From a bacterium (GTDB taxonomy: Bacteria; Electryoneota; Electryoneia; Electryoneales; Electryoneaceae), in contig OY769902.1 in NCBI GenBank assembly GCA_963669175.1, positions 2,528,001 to 2,592,000 on the forward strand: a DNA stretch of 64,000 nt, given 5' to 3'. Positions within the stretch are counted from its first letter, which is position 1; each line of letters begins with the position of its first letter. The translations under genes and the position numbers were made by a program. Under the pieces are notes generated by a model. That model was not told where the DNA came from, searched no databases, and worked only from the letters and a program-made list of their open reading frames with translations. Below are positions 48,500 to 57,758 of this stretch, in pieces.

Positions 48500-48643
48500 G
48501 ATGAAGCAAGGTAACCGGGTAGCCCGGCCATGCCTGGCCGGGTCTTGGGAAAGCAGCAGGGGCAGAGCAAAATAATACTTAAACGTCATTGGACCACTTG
48601 AGTTCGTCCCCTTCCTATACACAGTTTATAACAGGAAGAGGAG

Positions 48644-50110
48644 ATGAAAGGTATCCTGGGGGCGAATATGAGAGCAAAAAACTATTCAATACGAGTATTA
48701 GCAACTCATTATATGGCATTCCTTTCTACAGTAGCACGTCCAGTTATCCTGTCTCTTGTACTTGTCTTTTGTTGCCTTCCACCTGTTCAATCTTTCGGCC
48801 AATCCCCTGATGCAGCAGAATATGAATATCAGGTTCCTTTTGACCGTGATGGCCGTTTCCTGGAAATTGATGCGGGAATGGCAAAGGATATGGCTATTTT
48901 CTCACAATACCAGGCATTCTCCAGAGCCTGCCTGTTCCAGAGTCAGGATTCATCTCTTGCGCTCGAAGTTTACTACCAGTCACCGGAAGGACGTATCATC
49001 AAGAGACGTGTTCCCTGTTCTCGTACTGAACTGGTGGACATCCGGTTCAGGCTGGAACAGATGTCATGGGCCTACAGGGAAGTCTATGATGTATCCGCCC
49101 TGGGGCGGAGTAAGATGGTGATTTACAGTGGTATCCTTGGAGCGACATACTATGGTTGGGCCATTCCTACAGTAGCTGGTGTCAAGACCAGCGACGCCGG
49201 ATTTATCCCGTTATACCTGATGATAACTGGTGGAAGTTTTGTTATTCCATATCTTTCGACCAGTGAAACTTCACTGCGTACCGGTGCAGTGAACTTTTAC
49301 AGCTATGGCATCAGCCGTGGCCTGGTTCATGGCATTGCGCTGCACGCTCTGCTGGGAAAAGATGAAAGTGAAACCGACGGTGAATTAACCTGGGGTGTCC
49401 TTGGGAGTCTTGGTGAAGGATTGCTGGGATATCATCTTGCCAATAAATTCAAAATCTCTCCCGGTGAAGCCTCAGTATTCTGTACAGGCGCTGATTTTGG
49501 CCTGGTCTGGGGAACGGCAATTGCCGTTGAGAATGACTGGATGTATGATGTCAATTCGAAAGAATTGGCGAGTTGCCTGTTAATCGGCACGGCAGTCGGC
49601 GGTGGATTGGGGGTAGCGCTCAATGCCCACGCACCTTACAGCGAAGGCGATGCCATCCTTCTTAGCACGTCCGGGATCCTGGGGGCTTACCTGCCTTACA
49701 CATATTTTGAAGCTAAAGATATTCGCAGAAAGCCGGCAGGTGTTTTGATCGGAGGTTCAATCGCCGGATTGGCAGTTGGGCACTTCCTGGCCAATGGACG
49801 TAGTTATTCACCTGCAGAAGGCACAACGGTTCAGGTCTGGACCCTGGGGTGGGGACTTGCCGGATGGGGTATACCCTTTATTATGTCTGACGGGGAAGAA
49901 TCCCGTGAAAACCTGTTTGCATACAGCGCTGCATCAAGCACTTTCGGCTACATCCTAAGCAACATGCTGTACCGCCCCGATGCGACACCGCGTCATGGCA
50001 ATACCAGTACAATCGACCTTGACATCTTTCCCACCGTAACCGCTGCCTGGGATGAAACAGGTATTTCAGCGCGCCCGGTCCCTGCATTCGGGATTCGTCT
50101 GGTACACTGA
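48644..50110 (+). CDS. Hypothetical exported/membrane protein with Gly-rich hydrophobic helices
   Basis: 488-aa ORF with a signal-like segment and repeated GxxxG helices. Start uncertain. Confidence 0.7.
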   Translation: MKGILGANMRAKNYSIRVLATHYMAFLSTVARPVILSLVLVFCCLPPVQSFGQSPDAAEYEYQVPFDRDGRFLEIDAGMAKDMAIFSQYQAFSRACLFQSQDSSLALEVYYQSPEGRIIKRRVPCSRTELVDIRFRLEQMSWAYREVYDVSALGRSKMVIYSGILGATYYGWAIPTVAGVKTSDAGFIPLYLMITGGSFVIPYLSTSETSLRTGAVNFYSYGISRGLVHGIALHALLGKDESETDGELTWGVLGSLGEGLLGYHLANKFKISPGEASVFCTGADFGLVWGTAIAVENDWMYDVNSKELASCLLIGTAVGGGLGVALNAHAPYSEGDAILLSTSGILGAYLPYTYFEAKDIRRKPAGVLIGGSIAGLAVGHFLANGRSYSPAEGTTVQVWTLGWGLAGWGIPFIMSDGEESRENLFAYSAASSTFGYILSNMLYRPDATPRHGNTSTIDLDIFPTVTAAWDETGISARPVPAFGIRLVH

Positions 50111-50195
50111 TTGCGTGGCACATTGCGCCTGCTTGAAACAGGACAGCGACAGACGTATCTTCAAGCACCTTACAAAACCAACCGAGGAGACAGGC

Positions 50196-52082
50196 ATGCG
50201 TAGCACGTTCAGCCTGATGATTGCCATTTTACTGCTGGTGGGGACCATCCCGGCCCTGGCGCAGGAAGAAGTACTCTTTTACAACAGTCGTAATGATGTA
50301 CCGGAAAAGTACCAGTGGAATATCTACGACATTTACGAGAATGATGCCGCCTGGGAAGAAGCTTTCAAGATGCTTGAGAAGATGATTCCCGAGATGGACA
50401 AGTACAAAGGCAAGCTGGGTGAATCGGCAGCGACTCTTGCGGATGCGCTCGACTGGCAGTATGAGATGCTGGAATTGATGTATGAGCTGGAAGTTTATGT
50501 CAGCCAGATGCGTGATGTGGATACGCGCAATGCCAAGGCCAACGAGATGTACAGCCGTTACAACGGTCTGAATGCACGAATTTCCGAGGCGGTAGCGTTT
50601 GTAGATCCGGAAATCGCTACTATCCCCGAGAAGACTCTGAAAGTTTACATGAAAGATGAGCGTCTGCAGACCTATAATCATCTCCTCGATAACATTATCC
50701 GCAGCAAGCCGCACATTCGCAGCACCGAAGTAGAGGAAGCTCTGGCGTCCGGTGGGCTGGTTCAGGACGCATCTCGTGAAGCTTACACCGCCATGGTCTA
50801 TTCTGACATCCAATGGCCGCAGATTCGTAATGCGGATGGCGACCTGGAAACCGTATCCCCGGCGTTGTATTACAGCTTTGTTTCCAACAAGGATCGTGAC
50901 ACCCGTCGTCGTGCCGCGCTGGCGTTGTTCGGCGCCTATACCGATTACGCCAACACCTTTGCCGCGACGTATAACGGTAGCGTGCAGAAAGACATCTGGC
51001 TGGCGCGTGTTCACAAGTTTGACACCGCGCTTGAGGCCAAGCTGTTTGATATCAATGTTCCTACCAAAGTCATCGAAACCCTGCTGTCCACGGTTCATGA
51101 GAACACGGATAAGGTCGCACGTTATGTGGACCTGCGTAAAAAAGTGCTCGGAATCGGCGATTTCCACGTCTACGATCTCTATGTCGGCATGACCCCGGAA
51201 GTCGATGACGCCATGACCTATGAAGAAGCGACCAAACTGGCGTTGGACTTCTGGAAAGAGACTTTTGGTGAAGAGTATTACACTATAGCGAAGCAGGCTC
51301 TTGAAGAAAAATGGGTTGATGTTTATGCGTCCAGCGGCAAGCGTGGCGGCGCCTATTCCTGGGGCACCTATCGTTCGCATCCGTATTTGCTGCTGAACTG
51401 GGGCGGTACGCTGGAAGATGCGTTCACCCTCGTGCATGAGATGGGCCATTCCATGCACACCTACTACACCAACCAGAACCAGCCGTTCCATTACTCGGAC
51501 TATTCACTGTTCGTGGCAGAAGTTGCGGCAGTTGGCGCTGAAGCACTGTTCATTGATTACATGCTGGAGCATGAAACCGATCCGGGACGTCGTCTCCTCC
51601 TGTTGAATCAGCGGATGCAGAACATCACCGGCACGTTCCTGCGCCAGATCTTTTTCCATGAATTTGAGCAGCGGGCTCATGAGATGGCGGAAGCCGGTGA
51701 AGCCCTTACCCAGGGATCGCTGGGCGAATTGTACGCCGACCTGTGGACCAGCTATTACGGTCCGGAACTGGTGCTGGATGACGAGTTCTACGCCGGTTGG
51801 TCACGGATTCCGCATTTCTACCGCACCTATTACGTCTGGGTTTACGCTACCAGCTATGCGGCCGGCGAAGCGATTGCCCAACGGGTGCGTTCCGGTGACA
51901 GGGGCGCTGTCCAGGATTACCTGAACTTCCTGAAGCTTGGCAACAGCGTCTATCCGATTGATGCGCTGAAAGTGGCCGGTGTGGACATGACCGATGCTGA
52001 TGTCATCCGAAACGTCATGAACCAGTACGAGAAAACGCTGGAAGAGATGGAACCGTTGCTGCTGGAGATGATGGCGAAATAA
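50196..52082 (+). CDS. pepF: Oligoendopeptidase F (M3B) with signal peptide
   Basis: GKRGGAYS, TLVHEMGHSMH, FVAEVA, WSRIPHFY..YYVWVYA. GAGGAG RBS. Confidence 0.93.
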   Translation: MRSTFSLMIAILLLVGTIPALAQEEVLFYNSRNDVPEKYQWNIYDIYENDAAWEEAFKMLEKMIPEMDKYKGKLGESAATLADALDWQYEMLELMYELEVYVSQMRDVDTRNAKANEMYSRYNGLNARISEAVAFVDPEIATIPEKTLKVYMKDERLQTYNHLLDNIIRSKPHIRSTEVEEALASGGLVQDASREAYTAMVYSDIQWPQIRNADGDLETVSPALYYSFVSNKDRDTRRRAALALFGAYTDYANTFAATYNGSVQKDIWLARVHKFDTALEAKLFDINVPTKVIETLLSTVHENTDKVARYVDLRKKVLGIGDFHVYDLYVGMTPEVDDAMTYEEATKLALDFWKETFGEEYYTIAKQALEEKWVDVYASSGKRGGAYSWGTYRSHPYLLLNWGGTLEDAFTLVHEMGHSMHTYYTNQNQPFHYSDYSLFVAEVAAVGAEALFIDYMLEHETDPGRRLLLLNQRMQNITGTFLRQIFFHEFEQRAHEMAEAGEALTQGSLGELYADLWTSYYGPELVLDDEFYAGWSRIPHFYRTYYVWVYATSYAAGEAIAQRVRSGDRGAVQDYLNFLKLGNSVYPIDALKVAGVDMTDADVIRNVMNQYEKTLEEMEPLLLEMMAK

Positions 52083-52112
52083 TACGGGCTTCGTCACTTC
52101 CCTGAGATTTTG

Positions 52113-52145
52113 AACCCCGCCGAAGTTTGGCGGGGTTTGTCTTTT
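52113..52145 (+). terminator. Intrinsic terminator after pepF
   Basis: AACCCCGCC-GAAGTTT-GGCGGGGTT followed by a T-rich run. Confidence 0.75.
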
Positions 52146-52301
52146 CTGAGTGAAAAAAGTGATCAGTAAAAAAAGTGAAAAAAGTTGAAGAGTTCCAAAG
52201 TTTGAAAGTCATTGTTCTATAGATTTTATTGTTCTTTCTTACTACAGTTTTTTTTAAATATGCAGTTGTTGGTTCCTCGCTATTTTGAATGGGTAAGCAG
52301 G

Positions 52302-52545
52302 CGAAAAATGGGACTGTTACCTTTTCATGCTTTCGAATGCAGAACAATCACATCAGTATTGATGAAAAGGTAACTGTACCAAATTTTTTGCCTGTTCTGT
52401 AAGATGGTTCCGGACTGGAAAATGCCGGGACAGCCACCTTTTCGCAATATATCTTCCCCGCGATCAATGATTTTGCGTATAAATGAAACATGGTCAACAA
52501 TATCTGGCATATTCGCAGGCGAAAAGTGTGGCAGTCCCCATTTTC
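52302..52545 (+). repeat. ~245-bp REPIN-like element, left copy
   Basis: Four GG(G/T)AC(T/A)G-type subunits. Colinear with the reverse complement of 63193-63442. Confidence 0.8.
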
Positions 52546-52872
52546 CGTCGGCAATTCCCCTTTTCCATCGAATTAGACCCTTATATCCAGGTTAATTGTA
52601 TAGCAGAATCTTACCCACACTAAACAGCGAGGCACCCAGTTGTTTTTATCCTTTTCATCCTTCACATCCTTATTATCCTGTATATTCTTGCTGCCATTGT
52701 CCGGAATGTCGAGATTGCAGGGAATCGGCGTCGATCTCTCGCCCCGGTTCAGGAATCAATCATGAAGATTATCTTTGGCAATAAGCGTATACCTTGCAAA
52801 GGACATAAAAAAGCTCTATTATGCAACATCCCGCGTTTCCGCACCAATAGCGTCCTGTTCTCTGGAGGTTCG

Positions 52873-55215
52873 ATGAATCGCTGTACCCGGTGCATAATTC
52901 CTCTGTTACTCGTCTTCGTACTCCCGCTGACTACTGCGCATGCCGAACAACTCTGTCATCTCATCCCGGATACCACGGGTGGTATCGCGGTGATGCTGAA
53001 AAGCGCCGATCTGGATGGGGACGGTGACATAGACATTGCTGTGTGTATGGAAAACAAGCTGTTAATCTATGAGAATGACGGCACACAGACATTTTCCATC
53101 ACAAGTATTGCCACCGGGGAAGCCTATCACGGTGTTTATACCGGCGATCTGGATGGCGATACTGATATCGATCTCATAACCATAGATGAAAACATATTCT
53201 CCCAATACTGGTATCGAAACATGGGGGCGATGACCTTTCAGCAGGAAAATCTGGCGGATATATTCCTGAGCGATTTAGAACTGATCGACTTCGACGATGA
53301 TTCTGACATGGATATTGTCGGCGCTGACAGTGGTGGAGTCGTGTTGCTGGAAAACGATGGGGATGGAGTTATTACTATATCCAGATTGATCAGCCAGAAT
53401 ATGGTTAGGGGATATCTCGATGTGGCAGATATGGATGGTGATGGTGACCTGGATATATTGCATACAGGGTACTACTACGGTTTCTACTTGTATGAAAATG
53501 TTGGGAATAACGAGTTTATGGCGCATCAATTAGGATACGACCCTTATAGTCTGAAAACGGGCATTATTGCAGCCGATATGAACAATGATGATCTCATGGA
53601 CATGGTTGCAGGAACAGTCCCTGGTTGGGTTTACAATGTTAATCAAGATGAAAATGGGAATTTTACCATGAATTACGTAGAAAGTCGTTTTTATTATATG
53701 CGCGATATCGATGTAGCCGACTACAATGGCGATGGCTTTCTCGATATACTGGCAGGGGCCAGTGGAATAACGACCTATTACTCCCTGGCAGTCTGGTACA
53801 ACCTTAATGATGGTAACTATCTGCGTGAGAATATCGGACCTTCTGAAGACCACATGCCGGATATTGAACCGGTTGATCTGGACGGAGATGGAGACCAGGA
53901 TATATTATTTACCTATCTTGCTTGTGATTCCAGCAATGCCGGATGGTATGAGAACCTCGGTCATCACTTCTACCAGCTTTATGCCGACAGTACACGCATC
54001 GTCTACTATTTCACCCAATATGGGGGTGAATTGGATGCTGAACTGCGCATTGTCAATCTTTCTGCGGTGTCGACGGAACTGGATATCTGGATGAACTTAA
54101 TCGAACCGGATGGGGATGTATATGAAGAAGTTATCCTGTATGAGGATCTGATGGTTGATTATGCTGATACGACGGTAGCAGAGCTGGTCTACCAGGTTCC
54201 CGCGAGTATGGAAGTGGGATTCTGCTCGCTGGATATCAAGTTGGGCCACTATCCTGAACAGGTTGAGGCTTCTGCGCTGTTCGGTTTTCTGGTCGGTCCC
54301 AATCCTCCCTCGACATTCTCGCTGATAAGGCCGGGAGGGAATCGATGGGTGGGATACCTGCCCGGCGATTTCCAATGGGAAGAATCCATAGACCTTGACC
54401 CACACCCGGTTACCCGTTACGAGGTCTGGGTCGGGAATGAACCGGATTTGTCAGACGCTGAGATGTACATGGGAAATATTGCTGCATGCCAGTGCTCAAT
54501 TCCACGTTACCCGCGTAATAATGCCTATTACTGGACTGTCTACGCTACCGATGCGAATACTCTTGGCACCTGGGCCAATGATACCGTGTGCTTTACAACC
54601 GATGTCCCCGGGCCACCGAGCGAATTTGACCTGCTATTCCCGGAAGATAACAGTGAAGTATCAGCCATTTACAACCTTCCGTTATCACTAACCTGGACAA
54701 CAGCCTGCGATGCTGACATGTTCGACTCGGTGACGTATACCATTGAAATATGTGAAGATGAGTTGTTTGAAACGGACATCATGACCTTTACCACGCAAGA
54801 TACCTCGTGGTCGCTTGATACCCTGGCGCTGGATACCTGGTTCTGGCGTGTGACAGCAACAGATTTGTATGAATTTTCTACAGTTTCCGATACCTGGCGC
54901 TTCTTACTGACCATGGGTATTGCTGACCGGACAGATGTTGAAACTCCGCAGACCTTCAGCATTTCAAAGACCTGCCCGAACCCGTTCAACCCGACCCTGG
55001 CCGTGGAAATAGCCATCCCGGAAACGGGCTACCTTCAGCTCGAGGTGTATAATGTGCTGGGGAAACGTGTGGCAATCCTGAATGATAACCCGGTAACAGC
55101 CGGGTATCATGAATTCATCTGGAACGCCTCTGACTGCGCCAGCGGGGTGTACTTTGTGAAAGCGACACTTCAGGAGCGGGAAGCTGTGGTGAGCAAAGTC
55201 CATTTATTGAAATAG
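52873..55215 (+). CDS. FG-GAP/VCBS repeat + FN3-like + T9SS-type sorting domain protein, paralog 1
   Basis: DLDGDGD.D repeats, PDLSDAE, CPNPFNP. GGAGG RBS. Confidence 0.88.
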   Translation: MNRCTRCIIPLLLVFVLPLTTAHAEQLCHLIPDTTGGIAVMLKSADLDGDGDIDIAVCMENKLLIYENDGTQTFSITSIATGEAYHGVYTGDLDGDTDIDLITIDENIFSQYWYRNMGAMTFQQENLADIFLSDLELIDFDDDSDMDIVGADSGGVVLLENDGDGVITISRLISQNMVRGYLDVADMDGDGDLDILHTGYYYGFYLYENVGNNEFMAHQLGYDPYSLKTGIIAADMNNDDLMDMVAGTVPGWVYNVNQDENGNFTMNYVESRFYYMRDIDVADYNGDGFLDILAGASGITTYYSLAVWYNLNDGNYLRENIGPSEDHMPDIEPVDLDGDGDQDILFTYLACDSSNAGWYENLGHHFYQLYADSTRIVYYFTQYGGELDAELRIVNLSAVSTELDIWMNLIEPDGDVYEEVILYEDLMVDYADTTVAELVYQVPASMEVGFCSLDIKLGHYPEQVEASALFGFLVGPNPPSTFSLIRPGGNRWVGYLPGDFQWEESIDLDPHPVTRYEVWVGNEPDLSDAEMYMGNIAACQCSIPRYPRNNAYYWTVYATDANTLGTWANDTVCFTTDVPGPPSEFDLLFPEDNSEVSAIYNLPLSLTWTTACDADMFDSVTYTIEICEDELFETDIMTFTTQDTSWSLDTLALDTWFWRVTATDLYEFSTVSDTWRFLLTMGIADRTDVETPQTFSISKTCPNPFNPTLAVEIAIPETGYLQLEVYNVLGKRVAILNDNPVTAGYHEFIWNASDCASGVYFVKATLQEREAVVSKVHLLK

Positions 55216-55414
55216 CTGTTGTGGTTCAGGAATAAAGTTGATTTGCTGAAGAAGTACTCTTTCCTTTTAATAAGTCATAATTGTTTCTGGATAGATGTTT
55301 CCATAACGGAGTTTTCTTCCCTATTTTTTTAGCTACAGAAACCGCTTGATCATATTTGAAGGAGATATCTCTCCTTTGTAGTAATTGCTGGATAGACAGG
55401 GTTGTGAGGACTGT

Positions 55415-57739
55415 ATGAAGAATCTCATCCTGCTGATCATTTCTTTCCTTTGTTGTTGTCGCATGCTACAGGCTGAATACTGGCACATGTTTTCCGATGA
55501 TTACAGGCAATCCTTACAAATGATTGATTTCGATAGCGATGGCGATATTGATGCGTTATCCAGCTCAGAGATTAACGGGATCGTATTCTGGTATGAAAAC
55601 GACGGGTATCAACATTTTACAACTCATGAGATTACATTGGAAGTCAATTATTTGACCTATATGCTTGCCGGAGATGTGGAAAATGATGGAGATGTGGATA
55701 TTGTGTATGTGGATCACGAATATGGTGCATATTACCTGACCATTGCTGAGAATACCGGATATGGAAATTTTTCCGAATCGAGAATCTGGTTCTCAGGAGA
55801 TAATATCAGGTCAATTCAAATTGGTAGATTTAACGATGATGACGATCCCGAGATTTTGTTTGTATGCGATGACAGAGGTGTGTTAATGGCTTCCAGGGAA
55901 GAGGGAGAATGGGATATACAGACTATTCATGTGGAGCAGTCCAGCGATTTACATGGAATTGATCTGTTGGATTCAGATCACGATGGCGATTTGGAAATAT
56001 ACCTGGATTTTGGCGAGCATAGATTAGTATTTATTGATGATCAAAATAATGGCTATGATGCACAGTATATTGATACAGATATTAATTCAATAGGGATTGC
56101 TATTGCTGATGTTTTTGGCGATGAAGAATTGGAATTAATATCCATAGCAAGCACATTGAGGGTATATTCATTGAGTGAAGAAGGTTATTATGATATGTTA
56201 ATGAATATACTTATTTATGACCATTTATATAAGGTAGATTCAGGAGATTATAATGGTGATGGTGAAGAAGATATATTTGTGCAAACACAATATAGAGATA
56301 TTGTCTTTCTAAATACTGGCGCTGATGACTTCATTCGTATTGATCTAACAGATGAGTATTACAGGAATAATGAGATGATAATAGGTGATTTTGATGGCGA
56401 TAACGATTTGGATCTTCTTGGCGCTTGTGAAATTATGGATGTCTATAGAGAAGATTATATTTTCTGGTTAGAGAATTCAACCGGTGATTCCCTGACAATT
56501 GTATCTGTACCTGATCAATTACCTGTCCATCATTATGGAGCAGGTTTTAATCTGGAATGGGTGGTAAACGTCTGTAATAATACACAATCAACCTGGAGTG
56601 GAAACTTGTATTATGGGATTAAACGAATTGGCGACTTTAACTTCTTCATCCTGGATTCTCTCAATTCTGGTTCAATACCTCCATTAGTTATCGACTCCTT
56701 CCGTGTAACGATTGGCATTCCGGATACTTGTTCCGCAGGACACTATGAAGCCTGGTGCTGGAATTCAACAGATCAGGAAGCCACAGTTGATTCAAATGCT
56801 TTCCCTTTCGTTATTGGCCCTCTTGAACCAGCATCATTCGCGCTGCTACAGCCCTCAAATGCTGACTATATAGGTGATACGCTTGTAACAATGACATGGG
56901 AAGCATCACAGGATTCTGACCTGGGGGAGACGCCGCACTATGATGTTTGGATCGGTCATGCGCCGGATTTGTCTGATGCGGAACTGGTAGCGGACAGCAT
57001 CGAGGCCTGCTGTTTCTCGCGATCACTTGAAACAAACAGTGAAATATGGTACTGGACTGTGCGTGCGACAGATTCAACCCTTGATGGAACCTGGGCCATA
57101 GACACGCTCTGTTTTATCGCGGATAATCCTTCCAGACCGTGGCGGTTTAACCTGATAGGTCCTGAGAATAACTATATCGTCAACAGCGAGGTGCCAGAAC
57201 CTGTTGAGTTCTGCTGGTGGCCAGCAGAAGACAGCGATTTGCTGGATACGGTTCGCTACTCATTGATCTATGCCACCGAGGGGGGAGTGGGCATGATCTG
57301 GGAGCTGGATGCGGATACTGTATGCAGCTTTACGCTGGAATCGATTCCGCGAAACAGAACAATCTGGTGGACTGTCGTCGCTGAAGATCGTTTTGGATTG
57401 CAACGAACAGCATCAGATACATTTCATATCATCAGCATGGATACACCCGAACAGGATGGTCGTATACTTCCGGAAGAGTTTTCGATTTCCGGAACCTGGC
57501 CCAATCCCTTCAACGCTACCCTCGCGGTGGAGATTGCTTTACCTGAGGCATCGGATCTGAACGTGACCGTATTTAATGTGTTAGGGGAAAAAGTAGAAGC
57601 ATTATATACTGATCAGCTTGCCGCCGGGTATCACCGGTTTTCTTGGTACGCAACAGACTACGCGAGCGGGATTTATTTCATTCAGGCAGCGTTTACGGGC
57701 AAAGGCTCGGTTGTGAAAAAGGTATACCTGGTAAAATAG
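55415..57739 (+). CDS. FG-GAP repeat secreted protein, paralog 2
   Basis: Same architecture, WPNPFN. AT-rich 5' half. Confidence 0.88.
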   Translation: MKNLILLIISFLCCCRMLQAEYWHMFSDDYRQSLQMIDFDSDGDIDALSSSEINGIVFWYENDGYQHFTTHEITLEVNYLTYMLAGDVENDGDVDIVYVDHEYGAYYLTIAENTGYGNFSESRIWFSGDNIRSIQIGRFNDDDDPEILFVCDDRGVLMASREEGEWDIQTIHVEQSSDLHGIDLLDSDHDGDLEIYLDFGEHRLVFIDDQNNGYDAQYIDTDINSIGIAIADVFGDEELELISIASTLRVYSLSEEGYYDMLMNILIYDHLYKVDSGDYNGDGEEDIFVQTQYRDIVFLNTGADDFIRIDLTDEYYRNNEMIIGDFDGDNDLDLLGACEIMDVYREDYIFWLENSTGDSLTIVSVPDQLPVHHYGAGFNLEWVVNVCNNTQSTWSGNLYYGIKRIGDFNFFILDSLNSGSIPPLVIDSFRVTIGIPDTCSAGHYEAWCWNSTDQEATVDSNAFPFVIGPLEPASFALLQPSNADYIGDTLVTMTWEASQDSDLGETPHYDVWIGHAPDLSDAELVADSIEACCFSRSLETNSEIWYWTVRATDSTLDGTWAIDTLCFIADNPSRPWRFNLIGPENNYIVNSEVPEPVEFCWWPAEDSDLLDTVRYSLIYATEGGVGMIWELDADTVCSFTLESIPRNRTIWWTVVAEDRFGLQRTASDTFHIISMDTPEQDGRILPEEFSISGTWPNPFNATLAVEIALPEASDLNVTVFNVLGEKVEALYTDQLAAGYHRFSWYATDYASGIYFIQAAFTGKGSVVKKVYLVK

Positions 57740-57758
57740 TCAGGAAGAAAGGGGTAGA

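Noticed and set aside
50229-51491. 420-aa antisense ORF (similarly 37560-38462, 29145-29948, 5446-6261, 8340-9131)
   Set aside because: These are shadows of codon-biased sense genes with no recognisable motifs.
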